A DNA stretch of 44,718 bases from Bugula neritina (taxonomy: Eukaryota > Animalia > Bryozoa), in NCBI GenBank assembly GCA_964035545.1, contig CAXIUT010000279.1, forward strand, positions 1-44,718. The letters run 5' to 3'. Position 1 is the stretch's first letter; each line of letters starts with the position of its first letter. Below the pieces are notes generated by a model. The model was not told the DNA's origin and did no database searches. It saw only the letters and a list, made by a program, of their open reading frames with translations. Position numbers and translations under genes: made by a program. This document shows, piece after piece, positions 35,901-44,718 of this stretch.

Positions 35901-38751
35901 TATAGCAGACGTTATTGAGTCCATCAAGGGTGAAACCATTTCCACAGGCAACACAGATACCTGTGAAATTATTGCATGATGCACAGTTGCTGGGACATTC
36001 TCTGGCACAAAGACCATCTACTTCTTGATAGCCTGTTTTGCATTCTTGGCATAAACCTTGTGAATTGCAGGTTTGGCAGTCAGCAATAGAACATAGAAGG
36101 CAGCTTGTTCCGTTGATAAGTTGGAAAGATTCACTGCAGGCGGCGCAGACATTACTTACTTGACAGGTCAGGCAGTTGGAAATAGAACAAGAAACACAGG
36201 TTGCGTTGAAGAGAGTAAAGTTACTCAAACAATCCTAGCAGATGTCATTGGAAGAACAATCTGAGCAGTTAGCTACAGCACAAGAGAGTGGTTCGCAGCT
36301 GTTGTCTTCTGTTAAGTTGTAAGTTGCTTCACACTATCCGCAGACGTTGTCTTAGAGACATGAGATACAATTGCTTAGTGTGCAAGAGATGCAGGTGTTG
36401 TTAGAGAGTTGGAATCCTCCGAGGCAAGAAAGACATTAGTCGTTAGTATTGCAGGATCCACAGTTAGAGAGATTGCATGCTGCGCAAGAACCATTAATAT
36501 CAACAAAAGATTCTTTGCAAAGAGTACAGAAGCTGGCATTGTTGGCGCATCCTCCAGCCATGCAGTTTGCATCAACACAGGTGAAGGTACAGGTGTTGTT
36601 GATAAGAGTTCCATTGGAATCGCAGGTAATGCAGATGTTAATATCTGAGCACTGAGTACAACCGGAGATATTGCATCTGATGCAGATGTTTTAGGTTGAG
36701 TTGAGGGTGAAATCGGTGATGCAGGAGGTACAGAGGTTTGATGTAGAACAGTTGGCGCAGCTTGAAACGTTGCAACTAATACATGAACCATCAGTAGTGA
36801 CAGAGTAGCCATTTGCGCAAGTACTGCAGAAATCAGTTGCACTACAAACGGTGCAGTTAGTAACTCCGCAAATGACACAAGTATTATTGAATGGAGTTAG
36901 TTCCAATAGGCAAGCGGTACAAGTTGCAGTTCCATTGACGAGATCACAAGTAGTACAGTTACCAAAGTTACATTAAGTTGTAGTACATTGCCCGGTAGAG
37001 TTATCAACTGTATAGAGGGAATTGATGCAGGTTAAGCAGGTAACACCTGTAGGTTAACAGAACTTACAGTTAAGATCTTGACAAATAACACATTTTCCAT
37101 CAGTAGGACTAATACTATAAGAAGTATTGAGACATTATGAACAATTATTGTTGCTTTGACAGACTAAACAGTTGGTATCAGAACAGAGGTAGCATGATCC
37201 ACCGAAAAGAGTTACTGGAACAGTTACGTTACCATCTGGAGCAGTAGTATTGCATACAGCACAGATATCTGCTTAACTGCATCCTTGGCAAAGAGTTATA
37301 TTGCAACTAAGTGTGCAGATACCACTTGTGAGGATGTATCCTGTATCACAGGCACTGCAGAAGTTATCTGATGAACAGTTAGTACAGTTGGTGAGATTAC
37401 AGAGGAAACATTGGTTGGAAGAGAGCACGTAATCTGTCACACATTGGGAGCAAGTATTATTTTGACTGCAGATTTTACAGCTGGGAATAGTGCAGAGGAT
37501 GCACTGTCCGATTTCTGAGGGAAGGAAACTTGAGTTCGAGCAAGTTGAACATACTTTGTTTGATGAACATTCTAGACAGTCAGCTTAACAGTAGAGGCAA
37601 GATCCATTGTTGATGAAGAAAGTGGTGACATCACTGCAATTTCCGCAAACTCCAGTAGAAACGCAGGATAAGCAGTTGGAAATACCACAGAAAAAGCATA
37701 ATCCGGTAGAGTTATTGAAGGTGTAGTCAGTTTTACAACCAGTACATACTGCTATATTGCCATCACAAGTGCCACAATTATTGACTGTGCATTGACTGCA
37801 GGCTCCATTGACTAGTCCGAAACCTGAGGCGCATGAGGTACAGACTCCAACTGTATCACAAAAAGCACAATTAGCAACATTACAACTGGTACATCCTGAA
37901 CCTGAAATTTTAAATCCTTCTCCACAGACAGCACACTCATTAGCTGAGTTGCATCTTTCACAGTTGGCGACTGAGCAGGCGTCGCAACTAGTAGATCCGG
38001 CCACGTTTAAGGAGAAATTAGATTAGCAGGCAGTACAAGTGTCAGCTGAGGTTGAGCAACTGATGCAGTGTTCGATGTTGCAACTCAAGCATTGAGCTAA
38101 GTTGGTGGAAAGGGTGTGACCTTAGTTGCAGACTTGGCAAATATTGTTGAACTCACAAAGAGCGCATTGATCGATTGAACAAGCAACACAAGTTCCTGTA
38201 TTGCTGACTGAAAAACCTTAATTACATGTTCCACAGAAGTTCTATGAGCTGCATGCAGAACATTCGGCAACAGAGCATAAGAGGCATATACTTCCATCTG
38301 GTGAGGGATTGTAGGAAGTGGTGCATGTTGTGCAAACGTTGTCACTATTACATTGGACACATCTATCCATGAGACAAGTGTTGCACTTACCAACGAAGGC
38401 AGTGAAACCAGTCACACAGGTTTGGCAGTTGTCTACTGCGTTACAGAGAGCACAGTTGCTGACGTTACATTGGATGCAGGCTCTGGTATTGAAGGAGAGA
38501 GAAAAGCCAGTTTAGCAGGAGGAGCAGAGACCGGCAGATGGACAGAAGAGACATTGATCGATGTTACAGTCTGTGCAATTTGTGCTATCTATGTTGAGTT
38601 TATAGCCTGAGGCGCATGAAGCGCAAGTTGTTGCCGAACTGCAGACATCACAGAAAGGGATGGGACCTTGGCAAACTTGTCCGGAGGCGAGAGTGGCTAA
38701 AGCGATAAGAGCGAGGAAGAGGAGAATTGCTGAATGTGGCTTGTGAACCAT
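32936..38751 (-). CDS. Large (~1,930 aa) type I membrane CxxC-repeat (furin-like/VSP-like) surface protein; 20-nt intron 33211-33230
   Basis: Signal peptide MVHKPHSAILLFLALIALATLASG; dozens of C-x2-C repeats all in one frame across the supplied ORF fragments; juxtamembrane non-Cys domain; TM LIVAIVIPIVVV..IIVIVCCIRRRK; short charged tail. Confidence 0.93.
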
Positions 38752-39115
38752 CTCAGAATCAATTACCTTAAATATTATCCACATATCTGAATTAGTTGAT
38801 TTATCACCTTTATTTCTCCTTTAAATAGAAATAAAATAATATCATTCAAAACCATCATAGGAACATCGCTACCTGTCCTTTAATTTAGATCTGGATTTGT
38901 AACTCTTTATCATATTTATTAAAACATTTTTGCTTATGACTTGATATTTATCAACTCAAAAGTTATAAAATAAGAAGAGAAGCAAAAACTTCTGCTTTTT
39001 TTTGTTTGCTTTATGATTCGTTTTTATTTATTTATTTATTTATCTAGAGATTTTTGTTGATATTTTGATTAGATGATCAGTTAAATCTGATTAGATAATC
39101 ATAATTATATCATGA

Positions 39116-40003
39116 TCATACTTTTTGTTCTATTTCTTTGAGAGGTTTAACTGGTTTTATTATTTTCTTTTTCATGTTGGCAAGTACACTCTTTACTTTT
39201 ATCTTTTTCTAGCTGTCCACTGATATAGAATTCTTCTTTGATTACTTATCTTCTGATAAAACCAACTTTTATTCTTATTTCTTATTCTTCTATTATTTTA
39301 TCACATTATCCTACTCTTCGTCATCTTCTTCTTTATCTTCATTATTTATTTATGGTTTTATCAATATTTATGATTCCTTTTAGGCTTTTGCTTGTTCTTT
39401 GAGGTATTGAAATCTTTTTTAAATGTCTGCTTATTCTTCTTAATCGAGTTAGTCTTCTTTTTATTCTTAATAGATCATATTTTTGAGGAGGTCTTCTGGG
39501 TCGATAATTGCCTGTCTTCTGTTTTGATTTTTTATGTCTTCAAGAGCTTCCATCAACTCCATCTATCTTTTAGAATCATATGATTTGTTTTAGAGGTACT
39601 GCATTGAGTCTTATTATTTTTAGTTGGCTTTGATTCTTTTAAGATATTTTTCTGCTTGTATTCCATCTTTGAAGACTTCATAGTTTCTTGTCCCTCCTGT
39701 TTATACAAGATAATCGTGATTTTTTGGATCAGTTTTGAAGGTAATTTATCCATAGCAAATAGTACATTTGAAGTAAAATCTGAAAACTTTTATTCCTAAA
39801 TAGGTTTATTCATTGCAAATCTCCATTCTCATGTTGAATTTGGTACCCATATACAAGTAGTTACCACAAGTATTACATCTTAGACTGCAAGGCAACATGT
39901 TGCGTACCATCATTAGCTTGTCTTTGCCTCTACCACGCTTTTAAATGCGCTAGTGATCAAAGTTTTTAGGGAAATATTTGATTAGAACTTTTCTTTATGC
40001 CAT
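39116..40003 (-). CDS. YJU2: Splicing factor YJU2/CWC16 (CCDC94 family)
   Basis: [75 protein letters not shown]. Confidence 0.95.
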
Positions 40004-40174
40004 ATTTATTATTATAACTCTTATAATTCTTATAATTAAAGTTTTTGCTTGGTATATTTTAGATAATGATGATGGACCAATATTAGGACTGGACATTGAT
40101 TTTGAGTAGTTGATTTGATGGAATAATGGAAGTTTAGGCGTTTGAGATAATAAAATTAAAAAATATAACTTCGG

Positions 40175-41621
40175 ATGTCATCGAAGGGAGCCATAACTAT
40201 TACTCAGGAGGAACTTATCAGGATGAAAATGAAAGCCAATGTTATTTCTAATCGTATGCATACATCTATCCAGTCGATGCTGAAGATAATCTTCAAGCCT
40301 ATCAACATCAAGAAAGCCAAAAAAGAACTGATAACTGGGGTGATAACCCTAAATACCTCAAAAAAAGAAAAGAAGAAGAGAGGTTTAAAAAGTTCTAGAA
40401 AGAAGAGTTAGAACGCAGACGAATCGATGAGGAATAAAAAATATTCCAGCTCAAAAAAAAGAGTAAGAGTTGGCTATTGCAAATGCCAAGCTCTTTCAAG
40501 ATACTAAATAGGTGAGAGGTCTCAACAGTAAACTTCTCTACTCGGATACTCTTCAAGGTAGGGAGCAACAGAAAGAGATCAAAGGGTATCTTTTAGATAT
40601 CGAAAAGAAGAGATAGCAGTTCTATCATGAAGAGACAATTGTACTTTATCGTTTATATAGAATCAAATTAGAAAGGGAGAAGAGTAATAGAGAAGAATCA
40701 AGGAAGAGGAGAAAAATAAATTGAAGAAGTTCTAAAAGGATTTAAAAAAGCAACATAAAAAGGTGGTTAAGGAGTATGTTAATAAGTATAAGGAAGAGAT
40801 GGAAGAAGGAAAATTGCTTAAACTTAAAGCTGAAGCTCACATTCGAGCTGAAGAGGAAAAAGAAAGATAACGTAGATCGAAAAATATGCAAAATCAGAGA
40901 GATATTCAAGTGATTAATGCTCATAATAAAGAACTTAAAGCTAATGAAGCTCAGAAAGAGAGATAAGAAGAACTCAGAATATAATAATTCAGAAAGAAAA
41001 AATGTATTTATTTGATAATTTAGAAATAAAGGAAGATATGACTAAGAAAAGACAACAGGATCTCATTAATTAGAAAATCCGACAAAGATAATAGCTCTAT
41101 AAGCAACAGGCTTTCAAGTTGAGTCAAGTTAAGAACACATAAATCGAAAGACTTAATTATCAAATTGAAGAACTGTAGAAAAAGCAGGCTGAGATAGAAA
41201 GAAAGAAAGCCTAAGACAAGAAAATTCTCAAGAAACAGTATGAAGAATCTTTGCAATAACAGGTGGAAAAGAAGAAAAGATAAAAGAGCAATAAGCTCAA
41301 GAAAATAAAAAGTTCAAAGAAACTTGGAAAAATACTTTAAACAACTTGAAATAGAAAGAAACTGAAGATTAAAAGTTCAGAAAGCATCTTTACCAGAAGA
41401 ATCAAGAAGATTTGAAGCGACAGGTGGACGAAAAGCAGATGCGTAGAGAGTAGAAGCTGCGACTGTAGTTGCAGGCAGACTAGGAATCAAAGGCAGCGGT
41501 TGAGAACAAAGACAAGCAATTTAAGAGTTACGCTTAGAAATGTTTGAAGGAGTGGTAGTCAAATGGCAAGAACTTGTATCCAATTATAAAGGAGTTGACA
41601 GCAACAATGAAATCAAGTTGA
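40175..41621 (+). CDS. CFAP210: Axonemal microtubule inner protein CFAP210/CCDC173-like (TPH coiled coil); 20-nt introns 40254-40273 and 40641-40660
   Basis: SQKRTDNWGD, ELERRRIDEEE, ANAKLFQDTKEVRGLNSKLLYSD..RE.Q, C-terminal YAEKCLKEW..NGKNLYPIIKEL. Confidence 0.75.
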
Positions 41622-41626
41622 TATGA

Positions 41627-43015
41627 TCATTATTTTAACTTGAATAGATTATTGAAGTATTATGGTATTGAATCAAGTGAAACGGACTGTAACATGTTTT
41701 TTAAGAATTGGTTGGGACGGTTGATGGAAAGGTTGATGGGTGGTTTATCTTGTTGTTGCTGCTGTGAAGGTGTTTGCTCTGCAAAATTTAATACTAGTCG
41801 TACTGGTTGGTTTTATTGATTTTGGTTGTTTGACTGTGTTTAGTAAAAAGTTGTTAAGTTTTTAATCCATTGCTATTCCTTTTGATCTATTCTAACTCTT
41901 TTTAGTGTCACTGCCAATATCTTATAGACTAGTGAGTTGTTTTATTTTTAGGTGTTTTACTTTTTATTTGTTATTTTATTAAACAAAGTTGTTGAAGCTG
42001 ACGAATCCTTTATTGACTATTTTATTTTATTGTTTATTTTAGTTATCTATTTTTTTAAGACTTTGAATCTATGTTCTTTTAGCTTGAAAAGGTGTATTGA
42101 AGACAGTTTTAACTGTTTTTATTGGTTCAGCTATAGGATAGACATTTGTATTTTTTTGTTTCAAATTTATATGATATTTATCTACTTGATATTTCAGTTG
42201 GCTGATATTGCCTCTTTCTTATGGAAGATATTTTAATGCCTTTTCTAGTATTTATCTTATTTATAGACTAATTGATAATGAGATTCTTTTTTATACAAAT
42301 CGACTATCATTTTTTAACGACTAAAAATATTTTTTAGTTTATATTCCTTAATCAAGAGGATGTCCATGAAGCATTTCATATAGAATGATACCTAAAGACC
42401 AAGCATCGCTTTTTTATGAGTAGAGAGTTCTTGAGTATGCTTCTGGAGACATATATGAGGGTGAACCGACATTGAAGGTTTTCATTACTTTTTTTGCCAT
42501 TATGATTTAGCAATATCCAAAATCAATAATTTTCAGTTGATTTTTTCCATCGAACATGATGTTTCCTGGTTTTAGATCTCTATGAATGATAGCTTAGTTG
42601 GTGAGTGCTAGACTACCTGTTAATATTTTTTGGAAGATCGCCATGACTTAATTTTAGTTGATATTTTTATGTATTTTAAGATACTATTTGAGGGTTTTTC
42701 CTTAGCATAGTTCTGTGATGATATAGCAGAATGAAGAATCTTCTATGATTTATTCTAATTTGAGTAGGTGTGGGGATTTGATGGTTTTGAGTGCAAGTTT
42801 TTAGTTATCGAGGAGGGATTTGGTTGCTTAGTCTTTGATTGTTGAAAGTTAGATACATTTGATGGCAACTGGCTGTTTGGTCAAATTGTGAGTTCCTTTG
42901 TGAGTTAATAGTTACCTTTGTAGACAGAACCTGTTGCTCCTTTCCCAAGAAGTTGTGTTGATAAGATGGAGTAGTTTCCTATGTTGCTGGGAAGTCGAGG
43001 TGATGGGGCTAGCAT
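41627..43015 (-). CDS. Ser/Thr protein kinase (ULK/CAMK-like); 20-nt intron 42896-42915
   Basis: LGKGATGSVYKG, VAIK, alphaC Glu (TAA), HRDLKPGN, DFG, GSPSYMSPE, DAWSLG. Exact stop uncertain. Confidence 0.93.
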
Positions 43016-43146
43016 TTTTTATTTTATTACTATGGAATATTATTTTTTGAGAATACAATTAACTAATATTATATCTAAACTATTACACTAAATATAGTTA
43101 TTTTTGAATAAGATGAAATAAGATTGAGAATTAAAATTATTGGTAG

Positions 43147-44470
43147 TCATAGACCTATTAATTCTTATTAATGATGTCCAGACTAGATAGTAGATATACT
43201 TTATTATTCCTCTTTTAAAAAGTTACTATTTAATGCCTATTAAGCACTATACCTGTGATTGGGTTTAGCTGTTGTCATCTTTCTAATGAAAAGCAACCCT
43301 TCTTCTCCATACCTTTCTACAATCTCTTTCTAGTTGATAGAAACATCTATACTATTTTCTATAGAATCTGTTGATCCTTGGGGATGACAGCCTGTTAGGA
43401 GACAGTAGCAGATGATGCCTATGCTAAATATATCGCATTTATAGCTATAGGATTTATAGTATGAACTTTGTGCGTTTAGCATTTAAGGTGCAATGTAGCC
43501 ATAAGTTCCACATTTGTAATAATTTTGAATCTACATTGATTTGGTTGTGTCAATTGCTAGTCCGAAGTCGATTAGTTTAGGTTTCATGTCTTTGGGATCG
43601 ATAATGATGTTTTTGGGTTTTATGTCTCGATGAATTATATTTTTGTTGTGGCATTATTTTATCTATTTTAGAAGATCTTTCATGATCTTTTTTATTGTTG
43701 AAGTTGATAGATCTTGTTCTTTCTGGATTGATGTTAGTGTTTTGCCTGGAAAGTATTCGCATACTATAATATATTTATTTTAGTTTTAAAAGAACTAACG
43801 AAAAGTTGTCACTCCATCGATCTCTTTTAGCTATCTTAAAATAGTTCTTTAAGAATTTGCTATTTATTTATTTATGGATTCGTTGTTTTTATTTAGTATT
43901 TTAGCTGCTAGTATTTATTCTGTGCTTTTTTATCTTACTTTGAAGACCTTGATCGTCAAAGACTTACCTCTGAAAAGCTGCCTTAGCCTATCTTACATAA
44001 CACCGAATATTTTTGACAAAAATCAAACTGAATTAAGTACCAGTTCAATTATTCAGAACATTAGTACCAGAAATCAGGTTCGTTGAAATAGAATTGGCTT
44101 TTTTAGCTGCCATTTGAAAGAAGGAGAAGATAACGATGGTTGGATAGTTAAAACCATTGCACATAGACTGTTTATAGATTGCAATAGCCAATATAGGTGG
44201 TGTCTGTTGATGTCTTAGTGAAGATGTAGGTACATTGAAGTAGAAGAGATGTCCTTGGTGGTAGGTGAGATACCTTCGTTCTTATCGACCCAAGGTTTTA
44301 CCTATTTTGAGGAATTAATATCGTTTAGTTGATATTTCATGATTGTTAAAACCATAGAAATGTTGTTATTTGATCCATAGGGTGGAGTTAGATTGGAAGG
44401 AGAGTTGGTTAAGCTTTTTAGGAAAAGAACCTGTCACTTAGAGTGAAGATATTTCTTACAGAGAAAGCAT
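43147..44470 (-). CDS. PH-like domain + Ser/Thr protein kinase; 20-nt introns 44214-44233 and 43948-43967
   Basis: IGEGSFSEVFK, LAAK, HRDIKPKN, DFG, CGTYGYIAPE (E=TAA), CDIFSIG, PNHRYSAEEAL. Confidence 0.92.
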
Positions 44471-44638
44471 ACCCGGCTGATAAACTCTATTGTATTATTA
44501 TTTTAGGTTAAACTCTTCGAATCGGCCCTTAGAACTAGTAAATAAATAAAAAGAAAAAATCACAACTAAAGATAGATATTATCACCCTTTTCATTCATTT
44601 CATACTTTAAACATATTTTTTGAACATATTTAAATTCA

Positions 44639-44718
44639 GGGGTTGGGGTTGGGGTTGGGGTTGGGGTTGGGGTTGGGGTTGGGGTTGGGGTTGGGGTTGG
44701 GGTTGGGGTTGGGTTGGG
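44639..44718 (+). repeat. Right telomere, (GGGGTT)n
   Basis: G4T2 tandem repeat to the end of the window (one G3 variant near the very end). Confidence 0.99.

Noticed and set aside
520-44086. Most ORFs in the supplied six-frame track
   Set aside because: Computed with TAA/TAG as stops. They are fragments of real genes or antisense/off-frame shadows; only H4 is complete.
83-44638. Standard ciliate code (TAR=Gln) or split code (TAA=Lys, TAG=Glu)
   Set aside because: Both codons independently sit at invariant Glu positions, including catalytic ones.

Overview
Gene-dense ciliate macronuclear DNA. (CCCCAA)n/(GGGGTT)n telomeres cap both ends of the window, and a third tract sits internally at 5918-5993. 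Bases 1-5993 therefore form a complete ~6-kb telomere-to-telomere minichromosome with 6 genes. It is joined to a ~38.7-kb fragment that starts inside a gene and ends in a telomere, most likely a chimeric join. The supplied ORF track is misleading because TAA and TAG are sense codons here. Both fall on invariant glutamates (both GH15 catalytic Glu, kinase alphaC Glu and APE, FCP1-type DLDET, YJU2 MAERK), so the code is UAR=Glu with UGA as the only stop (NCBI table 30, known from peritrich ciliates). Re-translating by eye gives about 32 genes with very short spacers and almost uniformly 20-21-nt GT-AG introns. They include DNA polymerase alpha, a divergent histone H4, a trefoil+GH15 glucoamylase, a YeaK-like deacylase, TTLL, BI-1, an SK-like K+ channel, a CTL transporter, a sorting nexin, a cyclin, YJU2, CFAP210, two kinases, a ~1,900-aa Cys-rich surface protein and a 73-aa PKI-like microprotein. 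A few unexplained single-base frameshifts look like sequencing indels. All assignments are from motif recognition; no searches were run.
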